Made by a program: the position numbers and the translations under genes
Notes under the pieces: generated by a model
The model's database searches: none
What the model was told of the DNA's origin: nothing
The model's input: the letters and a program-made list of their open reading frames with translations, nothing else
NCBI GenBank assembly: GCA_934098525.1
Contig: CAKONZ010000003.1
Span: 69,579 to 133,578, forward strand
From: an uncultured Bacilli bacterium
GTDB lineage: Bacteria > Bacillota_I > Bacilli_A > RF39 > UBA660
Direction of reading: 5' to 3'
Length of the DNA stretch: 64,000 bases
Shown here: in pieces, positions 31,815 through 42,778 of the stretch
Numbering within the stretch: position 1 is the stretch's first letter
How the letters are laid out: each line of letters begins with the position of its first letter

Positions 31815-32673
31815 AATATGTCTCTTTTTTTAATAGTTCTATATTTTTATACATTATTGATAAGTAGTCTTCGTTGTTATTAGCATTATTTTCTTTTAGG
31901 GTTTCTAAATTATCATAGATTAACAATTCGCCATCATAATTTTCTTTTAAATCTTTTATTGTTTCATCATTTTCATTATAAGTGAAAATATAATTTAGTT
32001 TCTTATTAGCTAATAGATCTTTTGCTAATGATAGATTATTTTCGTTTACAACGTTATTTTCTTTTAGATTTATTACTTCAAAACCATATTTTGATAAGAA
32101 ATTTAATGATTCGTCTGCAACTATTATTCTTTTATCTTCTGATGCATCAGATATTGTTTTTAGTTCAGCTTCTAATTCAGAAACGTCAATTTTTAATAAA
32201 TCATATTGGTTGTTGATTTCATCTATTAAGTATGGATTAGTTATATATTCGCTAAGTTCATTTTTGATGTTTTGGGCTAACATTAATAAGTTTGAAGGAT
32301 TTAACCAACTATTGATACTACTATATGTTGTATCTAATCCGTAAGCTGAGTCAATAATTTTTAAATTATGATTTTTATTTAGTAATGCTTTTGCATATTC
32401 TTTTTCATCACTTTCTCCATTATAAATAAATAAATCTTTTGAACTGTAATCTTTTATTTGTTTTTTTGTTAGATTGAATTTTGATACATTAACACCATTA
32501 GGATAAATACTTGAAATGTTAGATTTGTCTCCATAAAGTCTGTTTGTTATATATTCTATTGGATATATTGTTGTTATTATATTTATGTCTTCCATTTCAT
32601 CTCTTTTGAAAAAGCATCCGGTTGTTAATATTGTTACTATTACTAAAATAGATAATAAAATTTTATTCTTCAT
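31813..32673 (-). CDS. ZnuA/TroA-like solute-binding lipoprotein (orphan; canonical His metal ligands not evident)
   Basis: Lipobox LTTGC; [11 protein letters not shown]...[11 protein letters not shown] pattern resembling the ZnuA-family fold. Confidence 0.5.
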   Translation of the reverse strand: MKNKILLSILVIVTILTTGCFFKRDEMEDINIITTIYPIEYITNRLYGDKSNISSIYPNGVNVSKFNLTKKQIKDYSSKDLFIYNGESDEKEYAKALLNKNHNLKIIDSAYGLDTTYSSINSWLNPSNLLMLAQNIKNELSEYITNPYLIDEINNQYDLLKIDVSELEAELKTISDASEDKRIIVADESLNFLSKYGFEVINLKENNVVNENNLSLAKDLLANKKLNYIFTYNENDETIKDLKENYDGELLIYDNLETLKENNANNNEDYLSIMYKNIELLKKETY

Positions 32674-32893
32674 TTTTTACTCCTTTTTTTGGTACTGGAT
32701 CGTAACCATATGTTCCCATAGGAGAACATCTTAATATTCTTTTTATTGCCAGAATTGTTCCTTTTATTGAGCCATGAGTATTGATTGCTTCTATAGCATA
32801 ATTAGAACATGTTGGTATGTGCCTGCATGAATTATGCCATGGTCCTGGGATGTGTTGGTATATTTTTATAAAGAAAATCAATATCTTTTTCAT
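32663..32893 (-). CDS. yidD: Membrane protein insertion efficiency factor YidD
   Basis: Conserved YidD motif HIPTCSxYAIEAI...G. Confidence 0.8.
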   Translation of the reverse strand: MKKILIFFIKIYQHIPGPWHNSCRHIPTCSNYAIEAINTHGSIKGTILAIKRILRCSPMGTYGYDPVPKKGVKNEE

Positions 32894-32988
32894 TTGCTCA
32901 CCATTATAAGTTTACTATAAAATTTTAATTTTATCAATCTTGAGTGTTAATTTTTATTATAATATGGTATAGTTATATTGGTGATTTT

Positions 32989-33654
32989 ATGAAAAAATTG
33001 TTTAAACAATTAAATATTAAACCCAATAATATAGATTTATATAATCAGGCTTTTGTTCATTCATCATATGCTTATGAGCATAATATTAATTCATATGAAA
33101 CACTTGAATTTTTAGGTGATGCTATTGTTGATTTAGCTGTTTCAGATTATTTATATAAGAGTAATAAATATAAAGAAGGTGAAATGACTAAAATAAGAGC
33201 TAGTTATGTTTGTGAAAATGCTTTGTATGAATATTCTATGGGGTTAGGATTTAGTGATTATGTTAAACTTGGTGTTGGTGAACAAAAGAGTGGTGGTGCT
33301 TGTAAAAAAGCTATATTAGCAGATATTTTTGAAGCATTTATTGCTGCAATTTATTTAGATTTGGGTTTTGAGAAAGCTAAAAATGTGGCTTTAGGAATTA
33401 TAGTTCCATATATAGAAGATGAAAATGTGTTGTTATTTAGTGATTATAAATCAGAATTACAGGAGGCTGTTCAAACTACTCAAAAGTCATTTAGTTATGA
33501 AATTTTAGAGGAAAGCGGACCTTCTCATAATAAATTTTTTAAAGTGGCTTTAAAGGTTGATGGTATGGTTTATGGTATAGGTAGTGGTGGTTCTAAAAAA
33601 GAGGCAGAACAGGAAGCTGCTAAGGCTGCACTTAAAATTTTGGCAAAAAAATAA
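32989..33654 (+). CDS. rnc: Ribonuclease III
   Basis: ETLEFLGDAIVDL signature and dsRBD C-terminus; ATG 32989. Confidence 0.9.
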   Translation: MKKLFKQLNIKPNNIDLYNQAFVHSSYAYEHNINSYETLEFLGDAIVDLAVSDYLYKSNKYKEGEMTKIRASYVCENALYEYSMGLGFSDYVKLGVGEQKSGGACKKAILADIFEAFIAAIYLDLGFEKAKNVALGIIVPYIEDENVLLFSDYKSELQEAVQTTQKSFSYEILEESGPSHNKFFKVALKVDGMVYGIGSGGSKKEAEQEAAKAALKILAKK

Positions 33655-33661
33655 GAGTTAA

Positions 33662-34228
33662 TTATTGTAAACTCTTATTTTTTATTATATTTTCTGTTTC
33701 TTTTATTGCGTTTTCTAAATTATCATTTATAATAATATAATCATATAAATCTTTTTTATTTATTTCTTTCTTGGCTTTTTTAATTCTTTCACGTATTTTT
33801 TCTTCTTTTTCAGTATTTCTTTCTCTTAATCTTTTTTCTAATTCTTCTATTGAAGGAGGTGCTATAAATATACTTAATGCATCTTTATCGTATTTTTTAA
33901 TATTTTCCATTCCTTCTACATCTATTTCTAGTATTACATCGTATCCTTGATTTTTCTTTTCTTCTACTTTATGTTTTGGTGTTCCATAATATATATCGTT
34001 ATATACTTGAGCATATTCTATGAAATTATTATTTTCTATATTTTTTCTAAATTCTTCTGGTGTTACAAAGAAGTAGTGAACGTTATCTATTTCTTGTTCT
34101 CTTTTTTCTCTTGTTGTCATTGATATTGAATACCATAAATCTTTGTTATTTTTTAATAATTCTTTTATTATGGTTCCTTTTCCTACTCCAGAAGGACCAG
34201 ATATTATTATTAGTCTTCCTTTTTTCAT
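33662..34228 (-). CDS. gmk: Guanylate kinase
   Basis: ISGPSGVGKGT P-loop and GMP-binding motifs. Confidence 0.9.
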   Translation of the reverse strand: MKKGRLIIISGPSGVGKGTIIKELLKNNKDLWYSISMTTREKREQEIDNVHYFFVTPEEFRKNIENNNFIEYAQVYNDIYYGTPKHKVEEKKNQGYDVILEIDVEGMENIKKYDKDALSIFIAPPSIEELEKRLRERNTEKEEKIRERIKKAKKEINKKDLYDYIIINDNLENAIKETENIIKNKSLQ

Positions 34229-34337
34229 AATTCACCTCTTTATGTATATTATATATGTTTTTTAAAAAAATACAAACGTTATCTTTTTAAATTTGCTATT
34301 ATTTGTTATAATTATTAAATAGATAGAAGGTGTTTAT

Positions 34338-37274
34338 ATGTACTTGAAAGAAATTAAAATTTCTGGGTTTAAATCATTTGCAGACAAAATAAATATAAAT
34401 TTAGATGATGATATTACATGTATAGTTGGTCCGAATGGTAGTGGAAAGAGTAATATTGTTGATGCCGTTCGTTGGGTTTTAGGAGAACAATCTGTTAAGT
34501 CTCTTAGAGGTTCAAATAATATGACTGATGTTATTTTTTCGGGAAGTAAGTCAAGAAATCCACTTAATTTAGCATCTGTTACACTTGTTTTTGATAATTC
34601 CGATTCTTATTTAAAAGTCCCTTATACTGAAATTTCTGTTACTCGTAAAGTGTATAGAAGTGGTGAAAATGAATATTTGATTAATAATGAAAAATGTAGA
34701 TTAAAAGATATATCTGATTTATTTTTAGATTCTGGTATGGGAAAATATGCTTTTAATATTATATCTCAAGGTGAGGTTGGAAAGATTATAAGTGATTCAC
34801 CATATGAGAGAAGAGTAATTTTTGAAGAAGCAGCTGGAGTTTTAAAATATAAAAAGAGAAAAGAAGAGGCTTTGAAGAAGTTGGATAGAACAAATGATAA
34901 TTTGATTCGTGTGAAAGATATTATAGGTGAGTTAAATGAACAAATAGATCCTTTAAGAGAACAATCTGAAGCCGCTAAGGATTATTTGGATGCTAAGAAG
35001 AGGCTTGAAGATATTGAAATAGCACTTATTGCTAATGATTTAGAAAAGTATAATTTGTCTTATCAAAAGGGATTAAAAAATATAGAAAGTATTCAAAATG
35101 AAATAGCTTTGTTAGGCAGTAAAAATGCTAATTCTTCAGTTGATATTGAAAGTAAAAAGACTGATTTAAATGAAATAAATTATAAAATAGTTGACCTTAA
35201 TAATAAATATATTTCTTTAACTAAAGAAGAGGAAAAACTTAATGGAGAGAAGAACATAATTAAAGAAAGAAGTAAGTATGATAGTGAAAATGTAAAGGTT
35301 CATGAAAATATTGTTAATCTTAAAGAGAAGAAACTTTCAATTAATAATAAATTGTTGTCTTTGAGGACTGATAAGGATATTTTAGAAAATAAAATAAATG
35401 ATATAAATATTAAAATTAATGATTGTAATAAGAAACTTAATGTTTTAAATTCTGAGAATAATAAATTATTTAATTTAAGTAATTTAAAAAGGGGAAATGC
35501 TTCTGATTTAGATGTTAAGATAAAGTCTTTAAGTAATTATATTGAACAGGGAGGTAATACTCCTATTAGTGTTAAAAAGGTACTATCTAATCCTAAGTTA
35601 AAGGGATTACATAATACTATATCTAGATTGGTTGAGATTGATGATGAATATTTGGTAGCGTTTAATGTAGCTTTAGGTGGTGCTAAGGACTATGTTGTTG
35701 TTGATAATCCTAATGTTGCAAAAAATGCTATTGATTATTTAAAAGAGAATAACTTAGGTAGGGTTACTTTTTTTCCACTAGATGTTATTAAACCTAGATA
35801 TATAGATGATGAGTTTATAAATATTTTGAAAAAATGTGAAGGTTTTATTGATGTTTTGGCTAATAAAATTAGTTATGATAATAAATATAGAAACATTGTT
35901 TTTAATCAATTAGGAAATGTTGTATTGGTTAGTGATATAGATTCTGCTAATGTTATTAGTAAAAAAATTAATAACAAGTATAAAATCGTTACTTTATCTG
36001 GAGAAGTTATTAATGTAGGAGGTTCTATTACTGGTGGTAGTATTAAGAATAAATCAGTTATTAGTGAAAAGTATGAACTTAATAGTTTAATTTCTGAAAG
36101 AGAAGGTATTATAGAAGAAATAAAAAATATAGAAGATAAGAAACAAAAAATTATTGAGGAAATTAAAGAATTACAAGGTAGTTTATTTGATATAGAAAAA
36201 GAAAAGTTGTTACTTAATGAAGAGTTAAGTGTTAAAAGAGAAGTGTTTAATTCGACTAAGAAAGAGTTTGAAAATATAGATTTGGAATTAAGTAATTTGA
36301 ATGATTTGGTAAATGATAATTTAAAGGATGAAGAGGATAGAGTTTTAAATAAGTATTACGAGGTTTTAAATAAAAAAGAAGAATTAGAAAAAGAAATAGA
36401 AGTAGTTAATAAAACTAAAGATTCTATTACTAATGAAATAGAACAAATTGAAGCTAATTTGAAGGTGTTTAATTCGGAAATAAGAGAGAAGGAAAATGTT
36501 TTAAAAGAGTTAGAAATTAATAATACAAAGTTAAGTGTAAAGATGGATAATTTACTTGATATTTTAAGTGAAACTTACTCTATGACATTTGAAAAAGCTA
36601 AAGCTAATTATATATTAGAAATAGATGAAGATATAGCACGAAAGAGTGTTAATGAACTTAAGAATAGAATTAAAAAAATAGGAAATGTAAATATTGGTGC
36701 TATTGAAGAATTTGAACGTGTAAGTGTTAGATATGATTTCTTGTTAAAGCAGAGTAAAGATTTAGAAAGTGCTAGTTTAAAGCTATTAGAAATTATTGAT
36801 GAACTTGATCAAGTTATGAAGGATAGTTTTGTTAAAACTTATAAACAAATAGAACTTGAATTTAATAATGTTTTTAGAGAGTTGTTTGGTGGTGGTAGTG
36901 CTAAATTACAACTTACGGATAAGGATAATATTTTAGAAACTGGTGTTGATATAGTTGTTACTCCTCCTGGCAAAAAAGTTTCTACTATATCTCTTCTTTC
37001 TGGTGGTGAGAAGACATTAACTGCTATTAGTTTGCTTTTTGCTATTTTAAATATTAAAAAAATTCCTTTTTGTTTATTTGATGAGGTTGAGGCTGCATTA
37101 GATGAGGCTAATGTTGATAGAGTTGGAGCATATTTCAAAAAGTATATCAATAAAACTCAGCTTATTATAATAACACATAAGAAAAAAACTATGGAGTATG
37201 CTAAAACACTTTATGGTATTACAATGCAAGAATCTGGTGTGTCAAAACTTGTAAGTGTTAAATTGGTTAATTAG
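34338..37274 (+). CDS. smc: Chromosome segregation protein SMC (978 aa, compact form)
   Basis: N-terminal Walker A GPNGSGKSN, hinge, C-terminal LSGGEKTL and Walker B/D-loop. Confidence 0.9.
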   Translation: MYLKEIKISGFKSFADKININLDDDITCIVGPNGSGKSNIVDAVRWVLGEQSVKSLRGSNNMTDVIFSGSKSRNPLNLASVTLVFDNSDSYLKVPYTEISVTRKVYRSGENEYLINNEKCRLKDISDLFLDSGMGKYAFNIISQGEVGKIISDSPYERRVIFEEAAGVLKYKKRKEEALKKLDRTNDNLIRVKDIIGELNEQIDPLREQSEAAKDYLDAKKRLEDIEIALIANDLEKYNLSYQKGLKNIESIQNEIALLGSKNANSSVDIESKKTDLNEINYKIVDLNNKYISLTKEEEKLNGEKNIIKERSKYDSENVKVHENIVNLKEKKLSINNKLLSLRTDKDILENKINDINIKINDCNKKLNVLNSENNKLFNLSNLKRGNASDLDVKIKSLSNYIEQGGNTPISVKKVLSNPKLKGLHNTISRLVEIDDEYLVAFNVALGGAKDYVVVDNPNVAKNAIDYLKENNLGRVTFFPLDVIKPRYIDDEFINILKKCEGFIDVLANKISYDNKYRNIVFNQLGNVVLVSDIDSANVISKKINNKYKIVTLSGEVINVGGSITGGSIKNKSVISEKYELNSLISEREGIIEEIKNIEDKKQKIIEEIKELQGSLFDIEKEKLLLNEELSVKREVFNSTKKEFENIDLELSNLNDLVNDNLKDEEDRVLNKYYEVLNKKEELEKEIEVVNKTKDSITNEIEQIEANLKVFNSEIREKENVLKELEINNTKLSVKMDNLLDILSETYSMTFEKAKANYILEIDEDIARKSVNELKNRIKKIGNVNIGAIEEFERVSVRYDFLLKQSKDLESASLKLLEIIDELDQVMKDSFVKTYKQIELEFNNVFRELFGGGSAKLQLTDKDNILETGVDIVVTPPGKKVSTISLLSGGEKTLTAISLLFAILNIKKIPFCLFDEVEAALDEANVDRVGAYFKKYINKTQLIIITHKKKTMEYAKTLYGITMQESGVSKLVSVKLVN

Positions 37275-37283
37275 GAGGTTATT

Positions 37284-37718
37284 ATGAAGATTAATTATAA
37301 AAAGATGAGAGATAATGCAAAGGTACCTTTTTATGGAAGTGATTTGGCAGCTGCAGCTGATTTATATGCTTGTTGTGATGATTTGGTTGTTAAACCTTTT
37401 GAAACTGTTATTATTCCGACAGGTATAGCATTGGAAATTCCTGATGGATATGCAGCTTTTATATATGCTAGAAGTTCTTTGGGGATCAAAGAAGGGCTTG
37501 CTCCTGCTAATAAGGTTGGTGTTATAGATGCTGATTATAGGGGAGAAATTATGGTTGGTTTATATAATCATTCTGATGTTGAAAGAACTATATTTCGTGG
37601 TGAGAGAATTGCTCAAATGGTGATAGCACCATTTATAAAAGCTGATTTTTGTGAAGTTGATGAGTTGAGTGTTACTAATCGTGGTGATGGTAGATTTGGC
37701 TCTACTGGAAAAAAATAA
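37284..37718 (+). CDS. dut: dUTP diphosphatase
   Basis: dUTPase motifs (AAAxDL, GxIDxDYRGE, RGxRGFGSTG). Confidence 0.85.
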   Translation: MKINYKKMRDNAKVPFYGSDLAAAADLYACCDDLVVKPFETVIIPTGIALEIPDGYAAFIYARSSLGIKEGLAPANKVGVIDADYRGEIMVGLYNHSDVERTIFRGERIAQMVIAPFIKADFCEVDELSVTNRGDGRFGSTGKK

Positions 37719-37740
37719 AAGAAGTTTTTTAACTTCTTTT
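37717..37740. terminator. Bidirectional hairpin terminator between dut and def
   Basis: AAAAGAAGTT-TTTT-AACTTCTTTT. Confidence 0.6.
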
Positions 37741-38290
37741 AAATTGCTCTGTATATATTTTCTCCTTTATAAGGATTTTTAGGATCTATGTGGTCATAAA
37801 ATAATATTCCATTTAGATGATCGATTTCATGTTGAAAGGCAATTGCTAATTCTTCTCTTGCTCTTATTTTTATTTGATTTCCTTCTGTATCATAACCTGA
37901 TATTGTAACTCTTGCATATCTTGGTACAATTCCTTCTACATCTCTATTTACGCTTAGGCATCCTTCGCCCTCTTCAACGTAAATTTTTTCTTCTGAATTA
38001 CTAATTATCTTAGGATTTATTATTACATATGTTTTAAAAGTTTCTTTTATTTCTTGTTCATGTACTATTACTAAATATCTTTTAGGAATTCCTAATTGGA
38101 TAGCAGCCATACCCATTCCTGGTCTTAAATTGTATTTTTTTGCTAGTTTGTCTATTTGACTGTTTGTTAAATATTCTGTAATTAGTTCGATTGCTTTTTT
38201 ATCTTCATTTGTTAATGGAAATGTTACTTCTTTACTTGTTAATCTTAGTCTTTTATCTTTCTCATCTAAAATATCTTCATTTTTAAGCAT
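37739..38290 (-). CDS. def: Peptide deformylase
   Basis: GxGLAAxQ, EGCLS, HExDH motifs; ATG at 38290 preceded by GAGGTG (track start over-extended). Confidence 0.9.
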   Translation of the reverse strand: MLKNEDILDEKDKRLRLTSKEVTFPLTNEDKKAIELITEYLTNSQIDKLAKKYNLRPGMGMAAIQLGIPKRYLVIVHEQEIKETFKTYVIINPKIISNSEEKIYVEEGEGCLSVNRDVEGIVPRYARVTISGYDTEGNQIKIRAREELAIAFQHEIDHLNGILFYDHIDPKNPYKGENIYRAI

Positions 38291-38373
38291 ATACTTCACC
38301 TCAAAACTAGGTATATTATAACATAAAAGCATAAAAAAAGAAATAGCAAATGCTATTTACTTTTTAAAATGAA

Positions 38374-38538
38374 TTAATTATTCCAAGATCTTGCTCCTAA
38401 AATAATGATAAGTAAAATAAATAATACTAAAATAATTGCATATCCACCGCCAAAGCCGCCATAATTACCGCATTGTGGCATACTTGAGCAGCAACTTCCT
38501 GTATTTCCATAACCGTATGAATTTCCGTAATAATACAT
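38374..38538 (-). CDS. YjcZ-family small sporulation-associated protein (54 aa); not in the ORF track
   Basis: Hand translation MYYYGNSYGYGNTGSCCSSMPQCGNYGGFGGGYAIILVLFILLIIILGARSWNN; AGGAGGGTG RBS; Gly/Tyr-rich head plus hydrophobic tail. Confidence 0.65.
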   Translation of the reverse strand: MYYYGNSYGYGNTGSCCSSMPQCGNYGGFGGGYAIILVLFILLIIILGARSWNN

Positions 38539-38674
38539 AAGCACCCTCCTTTTTTTATCTACTATAGTTTATTGCTTATTGTTGCTTTTTGACATTATAA
38601 ATAACTAGTTTTTTAAACTTTTGATATAAAAAAATTTTATTATATGATATATTATTATAGAGGTAGGATGTTTT

Positions 38675-39820
38675 ATGATTTTAAAATATTTAACTAAAAT
38701 TGTAAAAAGATTTGATATAAGATTATTGATATGTTCTATAGTGTTATTTTCTATAGGACTTTTGATGATATATTCTGCTTCTAATGTTACTGCTATTATA
38801 AATGATGCTACTCCTGGAAGATATTTTTATAAGGAATTATTATTTTTGATTTCGGGATTATTTATTTGTAGTATATTTATATTATTTGGCACTAAACATT
38901 ATTATAAAATGTTTTCTATAGGAATAGGTATCATTGCTACTAGTATGATTTGCTTGTTTATATATGGAGAAGCTGTTAATGGAGCTTATAACTGGATAGG
39001 ATATAAAGGATTTGGTATTCAACCAAGTGAGTTTGCAAAAGTATTTATTATTCCTATTCTTGCTGTTTATTATGAAAAAAATAAGAATTATTCTGATGAT
39101 TTAATGAAGATGATTTTGCCATTGATTTTATCTGCTGTTTTGGCAGGATTTATAATTTTACAAAATGACTATGGTACTGCTTTTATTTTTATTTTACTAG
39201 TTGGTTTTATATTTTTAATGTCTCCTGCATCTGCAAAAATAAAAAGAAATGTTGTATTTGTTTGTATGGGAATATTTATTGTGTTTTTACTTGCTATATT
39301 AGTTGGTGGTAATAAAATAATTGATCAGGATAAAATTGATAGATTTAATATTTCTAAGCCTTGTGAAAGATTTTTAACATCAGGAAATCAATTGTGTAAT
39401 AGTTATATTGCTATAAATGGAGGAGGACTTTTTGGAAAAGGATTAGGAAATAGTACTCAAAAATATTTATATTTACCAGAAGCCCATACTGACTTTATTT
39501 TTTCTATTTTTGTTGAGGAATTAGGTTTTGTTGGTGCCATTGTTTTAATTCTTCTATATATGTTTTTACTTTTGAGAATTTATTTTGATGGAAAAAATGC
39601 TTTAAGAGTTTCTCATAAACTTATATGTTATGGTGTTTGTGTATATTTGTTGTTACATATTCTTATTAATTTAGGTGGTGTTATGGGAATTATACCACTT
39701 ACTGGAGTTCCTTTAGTGTTTATGAGTTATGGTGGTAGTATTTGTTGGTGTGTTTTGCTTTCTTTAGCAATGGTTCAAAGAGTTAATTATGAAACTTATG
39801 TAAAAAAGGCTAGGAAATAA
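38675..39820 (+). CDS. SEDS-family peptidoglycan glycosyltransferase (FtsW/RodA/SpoVE-like)
   Basis: Ten-TM profile and conserved SEDS loops. Confidence 0.8.
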   Translation: MILKYLTKIVKRFDIRLLICSIVLFSIGLLMIYSASNVTAIINDATPGRYFYKELLFLISGLFICSIFILFGTKHYYKMFSIGIGIIATSMICLFIYGEAVNGAYNWIGYKGFGIQPSEFAKVFIIPILAVYYEKNKNYSDDLMKMILPLILSAVLAGFIILQNDYGTAFIFILLVGFIFLMSPASAKIKRNVVFVCMGIFIVFLLAILVGGNKIIDQDKIDRFNISKPCERFLTSGNQLCNSYIAINGGGLFGKGLGNSTQKYLYLPEAHTDFIFSIFVEELGFVGAIVLILLYMFLLLRIYFDGKNALRVSHKLICYGVCVYLLLHILINLGGVMGIIPLTGVPLVFMSYGGSICWCVLLSLAMVQRVNYETYVKKARK

Positions 39821-39856
39821 TCCTTCTGTGGTTAATGATATCATAGGAGGTTTTTT

Positions 39857-40579
39857 ATGGAAAAATTTAAATTTATGTTTGAAAAATATAAAATATATAT
39901 TATTGGTGTTTGTGTGTTTTTAATGGGTTTGTTTTTGGAATTAGGAGGATTTTGGTTTTATAATAAGTATATTCTTAAAAAAATGAATGTGTTTAAAAAT
40001 GATTATGTAAATATAGAAAAAGAGGAAGCTATTGATTCTTCTGATAAAGCCATTGTTGAAGAGAAGAAAGATATATTTGTTGATATAAAAGGAGAAGTTG
40101 TTAATCCTGGTGTTTATTCTATTAAAGAGAATAGTAGAATAATTGATGTGGTTAATTTGGCTGGAGGATTAACTGATAAAGCTGATACTAGCGCTAATAA
40201 TATGAGTAAGTTATTAAAAGATGAAATGGTTATTATTATTTATAGTAAAGATGAAATTTTAAATTATAAAAAAGTTAAAGAAGAGGAGGGCAAGGTATTT
40301 GATGAGTGTAATAATAATGAAAAGAATATTACTAATGATTCTTGCTATAATGTAGATAACAGCGTAAAAGATAATGATAATAATAACAAGTTAATTAATA
40401 TTAATGAAGCTTCTGTTGATAAGCTAATGCTTGTTACAGGAATTGGAAAATCAAAAGCAGAGAAGATAGTTGAATATAGAAATAAAAATGGTAGATTTGA
40501 AAAATTAGAAGATATAATGAATGTTTCTGGGATAGGAGAGGCATTATTTGAAAAAATTAAAGAATATATTTGCATCTAA
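39857..40579 (+). CDS. comEA: Competence protein ComEA (SLBB plus tandem helix-hairpin-helix)
   Basis: N-terminal TM; SLBB-like GEVVNPGVY; C-terminal HhH NINEASVDKLMLVTGIGKSKAEKIVEYR. Confidence 0.85.
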   Translation: MEKFKFMFEKYKIYIIGVCVFLMGLFLELGGFWFYNKYILKKMNVFKNDYVNIEKEEAIDSSDKAIVEEKKDIFVDIKGEVVNPGVYSIKENSRIIDVVNLAGGLTDKADTSANNMSKLLKDEMVIIIYSKDEILNYKKVKEEEGKVFDECNNNEKNITNDSCYNVDNSVKDNDNNNKLININEASVDKLMLVTGIGKSKAEKIVEYRNKNGRFEKLEDIMNVSGIGEALFEKIKEYICI

Positions 40580-42611
40580 TATATTTTATTATGTTGTAAT
40601 ATTTTTTTCTTTTGTTTATTTTTTATTTTATATAAATATAGAACATATTAGTAAATATGATAATTTTGATAATTTAAAACTTAAAATAGTTTCTATTAAT
40701 TATATTGATGATGGTTATAAGTTTATTTTGAAAGGAAAGGAAAAGTTAATAGCGTATTATTATACAGATAAAAAAGAAAATTATAATCTAGGAGATATTA
40801 TATTAATTTCTGGTGAAAAGAAAGATATTTACAATAATACTGTTGATAATACTTTTAATTATAAAAAGTATTTATATAATCAAGGAATATATAATGTTAT
40901 TGAAATTACTGATATAAATAAAGTTAAAAGTAATAGAAATATATTTTATTCTATGAAAACATACCTTATAAATAGAGGAAGAAAATTAAGTAATTCATAT
41001 CCCTATGTTAATAGTTTAATACTAGGTAATAATAGTTTTTTGGATGATGATGTATTAGAGTCTTATAGAAATAATGGTATAAGTCATTTGTTTGCTATAT
41101 CTGGACTTCATATTTCTGTGTTCATGATGATTATTAATAAAATATTATCAAGGTTTGGAATCGGAGAAAAGAAAAGATGTATAATAATTGTTTTGTTTCT
41201 TTTGTATTATATGTTTTTGACTAATTTTTCTATGTCTGTTATGCGTGGAGGCATATTTACTATATTGATTCTTATTAATAAGTTGTTGAAACTTGATATT
41301 AAAACTATTAATTTACTTCTTTTTACACTTGCGATTATTATTTTTATAAATCCGTTGTTTTTATATAATCTTGGATTACAGTTTTCTTATATTATAACTT
41401 TATTTTTAATACTTTATAAGGATATTATAAATAGATTTAAAAATGGTATTTTAAAACTTTTGTTAACATCTTTTCTTTCGTTTATTGTGGCTTATCCAAT
41501 TACGGTTAATAATTTTTTTCAGGTTAATTTTTTGTCGATTTTGTATAATATTTTTTTTGTTCCTTATGTTTCTTATATTTTACTTCCATTTACGCTTATT
41601 TCTTATTTGTTTCCTTTTTTTGATAATCTCTTATATTTATTAATTAAGATTATTGAACGGGCATCACTAATTTTAGAACAATTTGACACTTTTAAAATTA
41701 TTATGTGTAAACTTGATTTGTCAATTGTGGTGTCATATTATGTCGTGTTGTGTATACTTTTGTCGTTTGCTAAAAAACGTAAAGTAAAATATTTGTTCTT
41801 CATTTTTTTCTTTTATTTTATGCATTTTATTAACCCTTTTAAAAATTCTAATTATGTGTATATGTTTGATGTTAATCAGGGGGACTCCATTCTTATTAAT
41901 GTAAATAATAATGTTACTCTTATTGATACTGGAGGTGTTGTCATGTATAGTGACAATAACTATACATATCAATTGTCGAATAATAGAATATTACCGTATT
42001 TAAAGTCAAAAGGAATTAGAAAAATAGATAATTTATTAATTAGTCATGGTGATTTTGATCATATGGGGGAGGCTGTTAATATAGTTAATAATTTTAAAGT
42101 AGGTAAAGTTATTTTTAATTGCGGAAGTTATAATGAATTAGAAAGGGATTTAATTGATGTATTAAATAAGAAAAATATTAAGTATTATTCTTGTGTTGAT
42201 GAGATAGAAATAGATAGTTATAAATTAAAATTTCTTAATACTAAAGATTACGATAATGAAAATGACAATTCAAATGTTGTTTATTTCAATTATAATAATA
42301 TTAAATTTTTGTTTATGGGTGATGCAGGAATTAATAGAGAAAAAGATATATTAAAAAAGTATAGTTTAGAAAAAATAGATTTTTTAAAAGTCGGACATCA
42401 TGGTTCAAATACTTCTAGTGGCGAAGAATTTATAAATAATATTAATCCTAAATATAGTCTAATTAGTGTTGGTAAAAATAATAGATATGGTCATCCTAAG
42501 GATAGTGTATTAAATACTTTAAAAGATAGTAAAATTTATAGAACTGATAAAGATGGAAGTGTAGAAATAAAATTAAAAGATTATTATAATATTAGAACTT
42601 GTAGTCCATAA
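40548..42611 (+). CDS. comEC: DNA internalization competence protein ComEC/Rec2 (metallo-beta-lactamase C-terminal domain)
   Basis: Multi-TM competence domain; C-terminal HxHxDH-type MBL motif. Confidence 0.8.
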   Translation: MKKLKNIFASNIFYYVVIFFSFVYFLFYINIEHISKYDNFDNLKLKIVSINYIDDGYKFILKGKEKLIAYYYTDKKENYNLGDIILISGEKKDIYNNTVDNTFNYKKYLYNQGIYNVIEITDINKVKSNRNIFYSMKTYLINRGRKLSNSYPYVNSLILGNNSFLDDDVLESYRNNGISHLFAISGLHISVFMMIINKILSRFGIGEKKRCIIIVLFLLYYMFLTNFSMSVMRGGIFTILILINKLLKLDIKTINLLLFTLAIIIFINPLFLYNLGLQFSYIITLFLILYKDIINRFKNGILKLLLTSFLSFIVAYPITVNNFFQVNFLSILYNIFFVPYVSYILLPFTLISYLFPFFDNLLYLLIKIIERASLILEQFDTFKIIMCKLDLSIVVSYYVVLCILLSFAKKRKVKYLFFIFFFYFMHFINPFKNSNYVYMFDVNQGDSILINVNNNVTLIDTGGVVMYSDNNYTYQLSNNRILPYLKSKGIRKIDNLLISHGDFDHMGEAVNIVNNFKVGKVIFNCGSYNELERDLIDVLNKKNIKYYSCVDEIEIDSYKLKFLNTKDYDNENDNSNVVYFNYNNIKFLFMGDAGINREKDILKKYSLEKIDFLKVGHHGSNTSSGEEFINNINPKYSLISVGKNNRYGHPKDSVLNTLKDSKIYRTDKDGSVEIKLKDYYNIRTCSP

Positions 42612-42778
42612 GAAAATAATTTTTGATAGTAGGAAATGTATTATTTTAATAGTTTGATAAACAATATTGTATTTCAATATAAAAGTTATATATTTCTAAC
42701 ATTTTGTATTAAAATAGTATTTTTCTAGTGTTAAAATTATTATTGATGTGAGAAATATATCACATCAAGGGGAATATT

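Noticed and set aside
34338-37274. SMC shorter than the typical ~1180 aa
   Set aside because: Both head halves, the coiled coils and the hinge appear present. Compact SMC proteins are normal in some low-GC lineages.
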